Shown here in pieces: positions 12,027 through 22,247 of a DNA stretch of 64,000 bases. Numbering within the stretch: position 1 is the stretch's first letter; each line of letters begins with the position of its first letter. The notes under the pieces are model-generated. The model saw only the letters and a list, made by a program, of their open reading frames with translations, ran no database searches and had not been told where the DNA came from. A program made the position numbers and the translations under genes. The stretch is from an uncultured Acidobacteriota bacterium (GTDB taxonomy: Bacteria > Acidobacteriota > Vicinamibacteria > Vicinamibacterales > 2-12-FULL-66-21): the NCBI GenBank assembly GCA_963847975.1, contig CAWKBU010000005.1:4439-68438 (forward strand). Direction: 5' to 3'.

Positions 12027-13088
12027 TCAGCGCGAGCCAGCCGCCGCCGACACGGGCTTCAGCACCTGCTGCTCAATCAACTCGAACAGCCGTCGCCGGT
12101 GGCCGCGGCGCTCCTCGCTCACCGACGTCGACGAGGTGGCGACCACGACGAGGTTCAGATCCCGGAAGACGAAGATGTACTGCCCGCCGTAACCCCAGGC
12201 AAAGCAGGCGGTCCCACCGTCGAAGGCCTGAATCCACCAACCGTAGCCGTAACGCCGCTCGTCGTCCCACACCGACGTCGTGCGCGGCACGCAGGAGGTT
12301 TCGACCCACGATGACGGCACGACCTGCCGGCCGTTGGCGTGGCCATGGTCGAGATACAGCTGTCCGATCGCGACCATCTGCCGCGAGGTCAACAGCATCT
12401 CGTTGCCGCCGAAATAGATGCCCTGCGGATCCATCGGCCAGCGCGCCAGGCGTAGCCCCATCGGCGCCGCAAGCGCCGTCTGCGCGAACTGCCACGTGCT
12501 GGTGCCACTGACCTTCGTCAGGATCGCGGACAGCAGGTGCGAGCTGCCGGTGCTGTACTCCATCGCCGTGCCAGGCTCGCTGACGATCGGCTGGCGGAGG
12601 GCATAGCGAACCCAGTTGCCGCTCTTCACCCAGGCGCCGTAGTTGCGGCCGCTCGTCGACTCGAGCCCCGACCGCATCGTCAGGAGATCTTCGACCGTGA
12701 TCGCCTGCTTCCGGCGATCGGGATCGGAGCGCAGCTCGGGAAAGTAGGTGACGATCGGTTCGCGCACGCTCTTGATGAGACGCCGGTCGATGGCGATGCC
12801 GACGAGGGCGGCAATGATGCTCTTCGAGGCTGATTTCACGTTCGCGAGCGTGGTGGAGCGCACGCCGCGGGCGTAGTGCTCCGCGACGAGCGTGCCGCGC
12901 CAGCTCACCAGCAAGCTGCGCAGCTCCGGCAGTTCGGACGCCGCAGCACTGAGGTCAGCGACCGCCAGCGGCGCGCCCGCAACCTGCTCGGGCGGAGCAC
13001 CCAAGACGGGCGTCAGCCCCAGCGCGGCCAGACAGAGCCCAACCGCGAGGGGAAGCCGTCGACGAGAGCTGACGAGCGTCAACAACAC
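12027..13088 (-). CDS. Serine hydrolase, beta-lactamase class C-like
   Basis: SASK (SxxK), LLTMRSGL, MEYST, AWGYGGQ; signal peptide. Confidence 0.9.
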   Translation of the reverse strand: MLLTLVSSRRRLPLAVGLCLAALGLTPVLGAPPEQVAGAPLAVADLSAAASELPELRSLLVSWRGTLVAEHYARGVRSTTLANVKSASKSIIAALVGIAIDRRLIKSVREPIVTYFPELRSDPDRRKQAITVEDLLTMRSGLESTSGRNYGAWVKSGNWVRYALRQPIVSEPGTAMEYSTGSSHLLSAILTKVSGTSTWQFAQTALAAPMGLRLARWPMDPQGIYFGGNEMLLTSRQMVAIGQLYLDHGHANGRQVVPSSWVETSCVPRTTSVWDDERRYGYGWWIQAFDGGTACFAWGYGGQYIFVFRDLNLVVVATSSTSVSEERRGHRRRLFELIEQQVLKPVSAAAGSR

Positions 13089-13096
13089 TGCTCCAC

Positions 13097-13176
13097 GGGG
13101 TCAGACGGGGGTCAGACCGGTGCCTGACCCTGGTCTGACCCCGGTCTGACCGGTCTGACCCCGGTCTGACCCCGGG
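13097..13176. repeat. Intergenic GGGGTCAGAC / GGTCTGACCCC repeat cluster
   Basis: Two GGGTCAGAC units followed by about five inverted (GGT)CTGACC(CC) units. Confidence 0.85.
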
Positions 13177-13177
13177 G

Positions 13178-14590
13178 TTAGTCGGGCACGAACAGGCGGA
13201 TTATGCCGTCGCGTTTGTTGAGGACGAACACCTGGCCGCGGGGGCCCTCGCCGAAGCGGAGGTCGGCGCGGCCGGCGGGCTCTTTCTTCTGCTTGGTATT
13301 CGTCTCGCCGATGAGCTGGAGCAGCGTCTTGCGCGTGCCGTTGTCGTTGAACAGCACCTGACGGACGGCCCCTTGTCCGCCATTCGGCAGCTTGTCGGCG
13401 TCGACGTAGAAGATCTGGCCGCTCGGGTTGTCGCCGAAGATCATCAGGTTCTGCAACTGACGAATCTCCTTGCGGCGATAGATGATGAGGCCCGTGATGG
13501 CCGCGCGTTGAAAGAGCGGATCGCGGTGGTCGTACTCGACGATGGGCCAGGTGAGGCCGGCCTCGTCGCGCTGTCTGGTCGTGTCGACCTGGCCCTTGAC
13601 GTAGGGAAAGCTGGCTTCCCAGGTATTCCAGCCCAGATTGGCACCGGCCGTCACGGGGCTGATTTCTTCGACGGCGTTCTGGCCGATATCGGCGACGAAC
13701 AGCTGGCCGGTCTTCGCGTCCCACGAGAACCGTTGCGGGTTGCGAACGCCTGAAGCGTAGATCTCGCCGAGCGCGTCGGGGCCCTTCTTGACGAATGGAT
13801 TGCTCGCCGGAATGCCGTACTGCCCGTTCGCGCTCGTCTTGCCGAGCGGGTCGATGCGCAGGATCTTGCCGAACGCCTGGCTCAGGTTCTGCGACACGTT
13901 GAACGGATCGCCGCCGCTCCCGCCGTCGCCCAGCCCGACATACAACAGCCCGAACTCCGCGCTGCGCGGCGCGGCCAGCGGATTGAAGCCGATCTGGCCG
14001 CCGTTGTGATTGCCGAACGGCTGCGCGGCGCGAAAGACCTCACGCGGGGCTCCGCCATCGTACTTGGCGGCCGCCGGATTCTTCGCCGTCCACTCGAGCA
14101 GCACGGTGTCCTGCGTCCGCTTCGGCCCCGGCGTGACGAAGTCAGGCTTCGGCGCGGTATTCGACGAATCGGTGTAGGTATAGAACTTCCCGTATCCCGG
14201 CGTCCCACGCTGGTTGAACTGCGGGTGGAACGCAAAACTCTGCACGCCCTGTTCCGCTCCGGACGCCTGCACGGCCACGTTCCATGCAGGTGCGGTGAGG
14301 TCGAGGTACTCGGTCACGACCTTGCCGTCGTAGCTCAGGCTGTAGAGCGCGCCGGTCATCACGCTGACGAACAAGCGCTTGGTGCCGGGCTCGTCCACGA
14401 AGTGCATCAAGCGCGGCGCTTCGCCCTTGACGTCGGGAATGGTGGCGAACTCGACGAACTTGACGGCAACCACGCCTTGCGTCGTTTCGATCGGCGTCGG
14501 AAAGGGATCGACGGTCAACTGTTGCGCCGTCGCGGACGCGGCGACCATGGTCGCTCCAACCAGCATGAGCAGGGGGCGATAGCGTGACAT
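13178..14590 (-). CDS. PQQ-dependent glucose/sorbosone dehydrogenase family protein
   Basis: QPFGNHNGG, LYVGLGDGGSGGDP, GKILRIDP, GVRNPQRFSWD, DIGQNAVEEI; start MSRYRP at 14590. Confidence 0.9.
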   Translation of the reverse strand: MSRYRPLLMLVGATMVAASATAQQLTVDPFPTPIETTQGVVAVKFVEFATIPDVKGEAPRLMHFVDEPGTKRLFVSVMTGALYSLSYDGKVVTEYLDLTAPAWNVAVQASGAEQGVQSFAFHPQFNQRGTPGYGKFYTYTDSSNTAPKPDFVTPGPKRTQDTVLLEWTAKNPAAAKYDGGAPREVFRAAQPFGNHNGGQIGFNPLAAPRSAEFGLLYVGLGDGGSGGDPFNVSQNLSQAFGKILRIDPLGKTSANGQYGIPASNPFVKKGPDALGEIYASGVRNPQRFSWDAKTGQLFVADIGQNAVEEISPVTAGANLGWNTWEASFPYVKGQVDTTRQRDEAGLTWPIVEYDHRDPLFQRAAITGLIIYRRKEIRQLQNLMIFGDNPSGQIFYVDADKLPNGGQGAVRQVLFNDNGTRKTLLQLIGETNTKQKKEPAGRADLRFGEGPRGQVFVLNKRDGIIRLFVPD

Positions 14591-14746
14591 AGGCAGGAAC
14601 GTCTCCATTCGCCAGCCTGCCCGCGGCAGCCACCATGGCGCGCGAGACCGGTCGGCCGGTCGGGCATCGGCGATCCCATAAATCATAAGCCGGATCGTCA
14701 TTCCTCCTGGCCCTCGCCGGCGCTTGCCGCGCCGGACTGAAAACAC

Positions 14747-14903
14747 CGCGAACGAGCGAGAGCGAGTGAGCCTGGCGAGCGGAGCGCTGGGGCCCCCGCG
14801 AGCGCCCGCCTTCGCGCCGTAGGCGCTTCGCGAGGTCTCGCCGTAGCTTGAGCGGAGGCGGAAGCCAGTAGGGGAGTCCGAGGGGCGAAGCCCCTCGGAA
14901 AGA
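14747..14903. repeat. Composite palindromic intergenic repeat (REP/MITE-like)
   Basis: Ends in hairpin TCCGAGGGGC-gaa-GCCCCTCGGA; internal CCGCCTTCGC...GCGGAGGCGG stem; degenerate copy at 41085..41128. Confidence 0.7.
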
Positions 14904-14924
14904 TAAAGACTAGAATGACGTTCG

Positions 14925-17501
14925 ATGGCTCTCAAGGCGGGCACGCGTCTAGGGGCGTACCAGATCGTCGGCCCGCTCGGCGCTGGTGGCATGGGCGAGG
15001 TCTATCGCGCACGCGACGAGCGCCTCGGCCGTAACGTCGCGGTCAAGGTGCTGCCGGCGGCGTTCGCGAACGATCCGGACGCGCTCGCGCGCTTCGAGCG
15101 CGAGATGAAGACGCTCGCCGGCCTCCCCCACCCCCATATCGTCGCGATCTATGACGTCGGCCGGGATGGCGCGAGCGCCTACGCGGTCACCGAGCTGCTC
15201 GAGGGTGAGACGCTGGCCGAGGTCGTCGCGCGCGGGCCGGTGCCGACGCGAAAGGCGATCGAATACGGGACGCAGATTGCCCGCGCGCTCGCGGCCGCAC
15301 ACGATCGGGACATCGTCCATCGCGATCTCAAGCCGGCCAACGTCATCATCACCAGCGACGGACACGTCAAGGTGCTGGACTTCGGTCTGGCGCGGACCGT
15401 CACCGCCCCCGCCGACAGCGCCACGACCTTGAACACCTCGCCCGGGTTGGTCATGGGCACGGTCGGCTACATGGCGCCCGAGCAGGCGCGTGGCCTGGCG
15501 GTCGATCATCGCGCCGACATCTTCGCCTTCGGCTGCGTGATGTACGAGCTCCTCTCCGGCCGCCGGGCGTTCGAGCGGGCGAGCGCCGCCGACACGCTCT
15601 CGGCGATCCTCAAAGAGGATCCCGCGCCGCTGTCGGGAGCGAACCTGGCCGTCCCGCCGGCGCTCGATCGCGTTGTCCAGCGCTGCCTCGAAAAAGATCC
15701 AGCGGAGCGGTTCCAGTCGGCGCGCGATCTGGCGTTCGCGCTCGATGCGCTATCGCTCGGAGCGATCGGACCGGCGAGCGGGCCGGCGCCATCGCCTGCC
15801 CCGCGGCGCTGGCGCAGCGCCGCCGTCGCCCTCGCAATCCTCGCCTGCCTCGCGGCGGCGTTTGTCGCCGGGCGGATGTTCTCCGCGTCCGGTGCGGCGG
15901 AACCGCTCGTGATCACGCGGCTGACCTTCGAGCGCGGCGTCATCCGTTCCGCCCGGTTCGCGCCCGACGGCGCCACGATCGTCTACGGCGCCCGCTGGGG
16001 TGGCGAGCCGTTGAAAATGTACGTCGCCCGCGCGGACACGGCGGAGTCGAAGCCGCTCGATCTCCCGAGCGGCGACCTGCTGGCGATCTCGCCGGCCGGG
16101 GAAATGCTGCTCTCGCTCGGACGCCGCTACCTGACCTCGTGGACGTCCCAAGGCACGCTGGCCCGAGCCCGGTTGTTCGGGTCGAGCGCGCGCGAAGTCC
16201 TCGAGCACGTGCGCGACGCCGACTTCCTGCCCGGCGATCGCCTGGCGATCGTGCGGCGCGAGAACGGCCGCGACCGGCTGGAGGTACCGCAGGGGACGGC
16301 GGTGTTCGACACGGCGGGGTACATCAGCCACGTCCGCGTCTCGCCCGACGGGCAGCGGGTGGCTTTTCTCGAGCACCCGCTCTTCGGCGACAACCGCGGC
16401 TACGTCGCCCTCTACGACGGGACGCGCACACGCCGGCTGACGCCCGAGTACGGGGGCGTCGAAGCGCTGGCATGGTCCGCCGACGGCAGCGAAATCTGGT
16501 ACAGCGCGGCGACCACCGAATCGAACTGGCCGATCAAGGCCATCGATCCGGACACGGCCGAGCCGCGGGACGGCCGCACCGTGTGGTACGTGCCGAGCAA
16601 CCTGCTCGTGCTCGATATCGACGCCCGGGGCCGCGTGCTCTTGACCGGCAACGAGGCAAACGGCTTGACGGCGGGCGTAGCCACCGTCAACGGCCAGGAT
16701 CGCAACCTGACTTGGGAGGGATGGACCGTACCCGGCCACGTCTCGCGTGATGGCCGCGCGCTGCTCCTCTCCAAGCAGGACGGCAACGATCCCGACTACA
16801 GCGTCGTCGTCAGCCGACTGGACGGCTCGGCGCCGGTGAAGATCGGGCAGGGACGGGCGCAGGAACTGTCTCCTGACGGCAGGTGGGCGCTGTCGATCAC
16901 GCCATCTGACCCGAACCGCGTGCTCTTGATCCCGACCGGCGCCGGCGAACCACGGGCGATCGATATCGGCGATCTCGTCCCCAGTGCCGCGGTATTCGTA
17001 CCGCCCGGCCTGACGGTCGCGGTGGTCGGCACGCGCAACGATTCCGCGGCGGGGGTGGTGGTGGACGTGGCGTCGGGCCGCACGAGCACCATCGAGCTCG
17101 GCGGCCGCCCCTTCAGCCCGCGGCGGTCTCGCGGGACGTACACGTCACCTGACGGTTCGCTCCTGGCAACCATGACCGACGATCGAAGAGTGCTGGCGTG
17201 GCCGTTGCCGGCCGGCGGTCCCGGGCGCGAGCTGGCAGCGCTCGGCGAGAACGAAGTGTTCGTCGGCTGGACGGCCGATCGCGCCCGCATCCAGGTTGCG
17301 GCGTGGAGCGGACCGAAGGCCCGCATCGATGCCCTGGACATCACCACCGGCCGCCGCACGGCGATTCGCGAGATCACCATCGACGATCCCGCTGGCATGC
17401 TGACTGTCCCGGATCTCTACCTGAGCGCGGATTCACAGACCTACGTCTACGGCGCGGCGCGCATGCTGAGCACGCTTTATCTGGTGACGGGCTTGCGATA
17501 G
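14925..17501 (+). CDS. Hanks-type Ser/Thr kinase with TM segment and WD40/PD40 beta-propeller
   Basis: [32 protein letters not shown]; TM segment; repeated (F/V)SPDG motifs; intact 858 aa. Confidence 0.93.
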   Translation: MALKAGTRLGAYQIVGPLGAGGMGEVYRARDERLGRNVAVKVLPAAFANDPDALARFEREMKTLAGLPHPHIVAIYDVGRDGASAYAVTELLEGETLAEVVARGPVPTRKAIEYGTQIARALAAAHDRDIVHRDLKPANVIITSDGHVKVLDFGLARTVTAPADSATTLNTSPGLVMGTVGYMAPEQARGLAVDHRADIFAFGCVMYELLSGRRAFERASAADTLSAILKEDPAPLSGANLAVPPALDRVVQRCLEKDPAERFQSARDLAFALDALSLGAIGPASGPAPSPAPRRWRSAAVALAILACLAAAFVAGRMFSASGAAEPLVITRLTFERGVIRSARFAPDGATIVYGARWGGEPLKMYVARADTAESKPLDLPSGDLLAISPAGEMLLSLGRRYLTSWTSQGTLARARLFGSSAREVLEHVRDADFLPGDRLAIVRRENGRDRLEVPQGTAVFDTAGYISHVRVSPDGQRVAFLEHPLFGDNRGYVALYDGTRTRRLTPEYGGVEALAWSADGSEIWYSAATTESNWPIKAIDPDTAEPRDGRTVWYVPSNLLVLDIDARGRVLLTGNEANGLTAGVATVNGQDRNLTWEGWTVPGHVSRDGRALLLSKQDGNDPDYSVVVSRLDGSAPVKIGQGRAQELSPDGRWALSITPSDPNRVLLIPTGAGEPRAIDIGDLVPSAAVFVPPGLTVAVVGTRNDSAAGVVVDVASGRTSTIELGGRPFSPRRSRGTYTSPDGSLLATMTDDRRVLAWPLPAGGPGRELAALGENEVFVGWTADRARIQVAAWSGPKARIDALDITTGRRTAIREITIDDPAGMLTVPDLYLSADSQTYVYGAARMLSTLYLVTGLR

Positions 17502-17594
17502 ACATTCGCCGAACTCGCGCTGAGTGAACGCCGCGCATCTTCCGGCGGTGTACAATCACCGCCTTCCGACCCACAGACCCACACGCACACTGAC

Positions 17595-18530
17595 GTGGAC
17601 GTTCACATCGCCGCCGTTGAGTACGCGCTGCCGGAGCACTCGCTGACGCTCGACGAGCTCGCCCGCGACGGCCGGCTGTCGAGCCGTCCGGAGGCGTTGC
17701 GCGGCTTCGGGTTCGATCGTGCCTGGATTGCCGGCGCTGAACGCGACGGCCTCGCGGCGCGGGCGGTCACTGCCCTTCTCGAGCGCAACAACGTGGATCC
17801 GTCGTCGATTGATCTGCTGCTCTATGCCGGCGCCACGTCCGCAAGCCATGCCCTGGGCGAAGGCCTGCTCGGGGACTTCAGCTATCCGGTCGCCAGGCTG
17901 CAGTACGACGCCGGATTGAGCGGCGCGAGAACGATTGGCGTGAGCCAGGTGGGCTGTCTCGGCCTCATGACGGCGGTCAGCATCGCTCGTGCAATGTTGC
18001 TGGCGCACCCATCGTCGATAAGCCGTGTCGTCTGCGTGGGCGTCGACCTGCTGCCCGCCGGCAGCTCGCGCGAGATTCTCTACAACCTCATCTCCGACGG
18101 GGCGTGTGCCGTGCTGGTCCAGAGCGGCGCGGGACCAAACCGCATCATCTCCGAGCGCCAGGTCACGAAGGGCTACTACTGGGACTGCGAGGCGCGCAAG
18201 AACGAGATCGTCGCTGCCTACTTTCCGACCGCGCGCCACATCATCAAGGAAGCGCTCGCCGACGCCAGTCTCGCGCCAGACGACGTGGCCTTGATCGTCC
18301 CCCACAATGTGTCACGCCGGAGCTGGGAGATCCTGCTCCGCCTGACCGACCTCCCCGCCGAGCGGTTGTACGCGGACAACATCGCCACCAAGGGGCACGT
18401 CATCAGCGGCGACAACTTCATCAATCTGAAAGATGCGGATGCCGAGGGCCGTCTGCGTGCCGGCGATCGCCTGCTGCTCTTCAATTTCGGGTTCGGCGCC
18501 AGCTGGTCGTGCATGCTCGTGGAGCACTGA
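17595..18530 (+). CDS. 3-oxoacyl-ACP synthase III (FabH-like) with Cys-His-His triad
   Basis: SQVGCLG, ISDGACAV, IVPHNVS, KGHVISGD, FGFGASW. Confidence 0.88.
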   Translation: MDVHIAAVEYALPEHSLTLDELARDGRLSSRPEALRGFGFDRAWIAGAERDGLAARAVTALLERNNVDPSSIDLLLYAGATSASHALGEGLLGDFSYPVARLQYDAGLSGARTIGVSQVGCLGLMTAVSIARAMLLAHPSSISRVVCVGVDLLPAGSSREILYNLISDGACAVLVQSGAGPNRIISERQVTKGYYWDCEARKNEIVAAYFPTARHIIKEALADASLAPDDVALIVPHNVSRRSWEILLRLTDLPAERLYADNIATKGHVISGDNFINLKDADAEGRLRAGDRLLLFNFGFGASWSCMLVEH

Positions 18531-19630
18531 TGCCAGGCCCCCACTCCGAGATCACCCTGGTCACCGGGGGCAACGGCGCCATCGGCGCGCCGCTCATCGA
18601 GTCGCTGGCGAGCGGCCAGGCATCAGTCGTATCGCTCGCGCGCGGCGCGCAACCCGCGGTTCGGCCGGGCGTACGATTGCTGACGGGTGACATCCGGCAA
18701 GGCGCGACGCTCGGACTGGACGACAACACCGCCGCCGAACTGCGTTCACGCGTGACGACGATCGTTCATGCCGCCGCGCTCACGCGGTTCGATGCGCCGC
18801 TCGACGCCGCACGCCAGACGAACGTGGACGGCACGGCGCATCTGCTCGCGTTCGCCGCGCAATGCCCGAGACTCGAGCGCCTCTGCGCGCTCAGCACGGT
18901 CTACGTCGCCGGCCGGCGGACGGGGACGATTCTCGAGCCCGAGCTCGATCACGACCGTGGCTTCGTCAATCACTACGAGCAGTCGAAATACGAGTCGGAA
19001 CAGTTACTGCGCGGCGAGATGGCGCGCCTCCCGATCGCCATCTGCCGGCTGAGCACGACGCTCGGCGACTCGGCGAGCGGGCGCGTCGATCGCCCGGCGG
19101 CAATCCACCAGGCGATGCGCTTCCTCCACCACAGCCTCCTGCCGATGATTCCGGGAACGCCCGAGAGCCCCGTCGACGTGATTCCGACCGACTACGCTGT
19201 CGCCGCAGTACGCCATCTGGCGGGGGCAGGCTTCGTCGCGGGCAGCACGTTCCACGTGTGCGCCGGGACGGACGCGCCCCGCGAAGAGGAGTTGATCGAT
19301 CTCACGATCGACACGTTCCTCGACCACCGCCCCGCCTGGCGCCGGCGCGCCATCGAAAAGCCAGTCATCGTCGCACTCGACACCTTCGAGCTCTTCCGCC
19401 GCTCGGTCGAAGAAGTGGCCGATTCGGCGCTGGCGGCGTCGGTCGGCGTCCTCGGCCATTTCGCGCCGCAACTCGCCTTCCCGAAGACGTTCGACGACGA
19501 CACGTGTCGCGCGGCGCTGGCACAGGCGGGGATCCACCGTCCCCCGGTCCGCGATACATTGGTCAAGGTGGTGAAGTACCTCCTCGATCATGATTGGGGC
19601 GCGCGAACGGCGAGCGGAGCCGCGGTATGA
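18530..19630 (+). CDS. Thioester-reductase / fatty acyl-CoA reductase-like extended SDR
   Basis: VTGGNGAIG, HAAALTRF, NVDGT, LSTVYVAG, YEQSK; start overlaps the KAS III stop. Confidence 0.85.
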   Translation: MPGPHSEITLVTGGNGAIGAPLIESLASGQASVVSLARGAQPAVRPGVRLLTGDIRQGATLGLDDNTAAELRSRVTTIVHAAALTRFDAPLDAARQTNVDGTAHLLAFAAQCPRLERLCALSTVYVAGRRTGTILEPELDHDRGFVNHYEQSKYESEQLLRGEMARLPIAICRLSTTLGDSASGRVDRPAAIHQAMRFLHHSLLPMIPGTPESPVDVIPTDYAVAAVRHLAGAGFVAGSTFHVCAGTDAPREEELIDLTIDTFLDHRPAWRRRAIEKPVIVALDTFELFRRSVEEVADSALAASVGVLGHFAPQLAFPKTFDDDTCRAALAQAGIHRPPVRDTLVKVVKYLLDHDWGARTASGAAV

Positions 19631-19869
19631 CGACCTTCACCGATGCCCTCCTGCGGTTCGTGCGCGAAGATCTGCTCGCGGGCCGCGACGTGGCCATCGA
19701 TCCGGACACCTACCTCTTCGCGGACGGCGTCGTCGATTCGCTCGGCATCCTCACGCTGATTGCATTTGTCGAGCAACAGTGTGGCCGGCCGATTCCGGAC
19801 AGCGAGATCGTGATGGAGCACTTCCGGAGCATTCGCGCGATCGCGCACCATTTTCAGAGTGCATCATGA
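19627..19869 (+). CDS. Carrier protein 1 (ACP/PCP-like)
   Basis: 80 aa; LFADGVVDSLGIL phosphopantetheine motif; ATGA overlaps on both sides. Confidence 0.9.
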   Translation: MTTFTDALLRFVREDLLAGRDVAIDPDTYLFADGVVDSLGILTLIAFVEQQCGRPIPDSEIVMEHFRSIRAIAHHFQSAS

Positions 19870-20677
19870 CCACGGACACGGTCGGCACCCTGATGCGGAA
19901 TGGTGAGATCGAGTGGAGCGCCAGCGGCGAGCTGCGGTTCCACGGCACGGCGCAGGCGGTGTTCCAGTGGCTGGACGCCGCGTTCGAGCGCCTCGCGCGC
20001 GAGCATGGTGCGCTCCCACAGTCGGCACCGGAGGCCATCTCCGGCGATACGCTGGAGCGCGCAGGCTACTTCGAGGCATTCCCGGGCATGGGCATCCCCG
20101 CCGCGTCTGGGGCGGCGATGTGGCTGCCACCAGCCGTGTGCTACCACGCGTATCCAGAGCTCGCGGGACAGCGGCTCGACGCCACCCGTCTCGTCACGCT
20201 CGTATGCGGCTGCGGCCGCAACGAGCCGGTCGCGCCGGAGGATCCCGGACGCCTGCAGCGCTTCCGCATGCGCGAGATTGTGTTCGTTGGCACCCCGGCC
20301 GCGGTCACTGCGGAGCGCGACGCGTGGATGGCTCGCGGCCAGGCGTTCGCCACCGCGATCGGCCTCGTCTCCACGCTCGTCCCGGCGACGGACGTGTTCT
20401 TCGGCACCGCGGGACGCGGCCGACGGCTCATCCAACAGCTCAAGGAACTCAAGTATGAGCTGCGGCTGGACGCCGGGCCGGCCGGGAACATCGCGGCGGC
20501 GTCGTTCAACCTGCACGAGTCGTTTTTGCCAGCCGCTTCGAGATCGCCCCTGTCGGACGGCGCGATCGCGGCATCGGGGTGCGTCGCGTTCGGCATCGAG
20601 CGCTGGACGCTCGCGGTGCTGGCGCAGCTCGAACCGCGAGGCCGCGGCCAGCCTCGCGCGAGAGGGGCGAATCATGA
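19866..20677 (+). CDS. Amino acid:[carrier protein] ligase (truncated atypical SerRS-like class II aaRS homolog)
   Basis: GYFEAFP, PAVCYHAY, CGRNE, RLQRFRMREIVFVG, ATDVFFG, KYEL, SFNLHE, SGCVAFGIERW; no tRNA-binding domain. Confidence 0.85.
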
Positions 20678-21403
20678 TCTACGACGAATACCTGACGCAG
20701 TCGGAGCTGCAGCGCTGGATTCTCGAGGCCGACATCTCGTGGGTCCGCATCGACGCCGATCTCGCGCTGGACGCAGCCGGAGCTCCTCGACCAGATTCGC
20801 GACTCCGCGCTGATCGAGTCGTACTTCCCGGTCTACACCACACGGCTCGATGCGCGCGCTGTGGGACGACATGGATGCGACGGCGGTGTTCTCGATCCAG
20901 CTCTACGAGTCGTATAAGCATTTCTACGTCGCTCAACCGCTACCTCGGCGTCGTCAACTACCGGCCGATCGGCGCGGATCGAGCTCATCGACATCCGCCG
21001 CCGCAATCTGGATACGGCGCGTCGACGATGCCGGTGGCCGAGCTGGCGCGCTACATGCTGAGCGAGCATTTCGCCGCGTACTTTTTCCTGCGCGTGTCGC
21101 GGCAGGCGCGCGAGCCGGTGCTCGCGGAGATCGCCGGCTACATCGCCAAGGACGAGTTCCGGCACACGCAGTTCGCATTCGATCTGCTCGACGCCCGCCT
21201 CAAACAGGAGCCGGCGTGCCGCGATCGGATTCTCCGCGCCGGCAGTGACTTTCAGGCACGTCGGGCGCCGACGTCGTGCCGACCGTGCCGGTCTCGGAAA
21301 AGAACGATCTGCCGGCCATCCTCACGCTGAACCGGCGGATCCGCCGGCTGTGCGGCGTCAGCCTCGCTGACTATGCAAGGAGCGGCATGCGATGGCACTT
21401 GAC
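20674..21403 (+). CDS. Ferritin-like diiron protein 1 (acyl-ACP desaturase-like; frameshifts)
   Basis: Reconstructed ALIESYFPVY, QLYESYKH, YMLSEHFAAYFF, AREPVLAEIAGYIAKDEFRH. Confidence 0.75.
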
Positions 21404-21954
21404 TGAACGGGAGCGCTGGCTGGTGAACTTCTATCGCAACAGCGAGCTCCACGGCGCGCTGCTGATGGGACGGCTCGCACGGACGATGTAGGACGATACG
21501 CTGCTCGTCGAGACGACGGCGCATTGCGCGACCGAGGCGCGGCATGCGCGATGCTGTCGCGGGCGATCGCCGCCGCCGGCGGCGCACCTCGATCCGAACG
21601 TCGCCGCCATCCAGGAGCGCTACGCCGCCGAGGGCGGCGTGCCGACCGCGCTCGTCGACATCCTCGTGCTGTCCGAGACGCTCGAGCGGCGGGTGCGCGC
21701 CGGCTATCATCGCCACCTGGCCCGCGAATCGCCGCACGCCGCGATTCGCGAGACGCTCGAGGCCATCGTCGCCGAGATGGAAGCCAAGCACGGCGCGGAG
21801 CACGCCGGCTGGATCGAGCAGGCGCTCGACCACCTCGACCCGGCGCAGGTTGACGCCGCGCGGCAAAAGTGGCAGGCGAGTCGATCGCGCCGTCGCCACA
21901 CGCATCGAGCGCAGCCTGGACGAACGGTTCGGCGCGGGGTCCGCACGCTCATGA
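21392..21954 (+). CDS. Ferritin-like diiron protein 2 (in-frame TAG at 21489 and indels)
   Basis: WLVNFYRNSELHGALLMGRL, HCATEARHA, ETLERRV..Y, EHAGWI. Confidence 0.7.
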
Positions 21955-22247
21955 GCTGAATCCGTCGAGACACTGCGTCATTCGCATCGTCAGCCGCGCC
22001 GCGATGGCGCCGGAGAGCGCGGTACGGCCGGAGACGACGCCTGTCGTCGCTGGGCATCGGTTCGCTCGAACAGATCGAGTGCGTGCTGGCGGTCGAGGAA
22101 GAGTTGCAGGTGGAGCTCGACCCGCCGGAGCTGTGGCAAAGCCGCACGGTGCAGGATTCGTCGACGCGGTGGAGCGAGCGCGCGAGGACGCGGCGCAACG
22201 CGCCAACGGCCGGGCACTGTGCGCCAGACATCAAAGTCAAAGAATGA
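21951..22247 (+). CDS. Carrier protein 2 (ACP-like; frameshifts)
   Basis: Reconstructed VRPETTLSSLGIGSLEQIECVLAVEEELQVELDPPELWQSRTVQDFVDAV. Confidence 0.7.

Noticed and set aside
14591-14992. N-terminal extension of ORF 13178..14992
   Set aside because: It runs through a palindromic repeat and overlaps the divergent kinase; the signal peptide begins at 14590.
21489-21491. In-frame TAG in ferritin-like 2 as pyrrolysine or readthrough
   Set aside because: It lies in an error-dense stretch, no pyl genes are seen, and a single substitution from GAG or CAG explains it.
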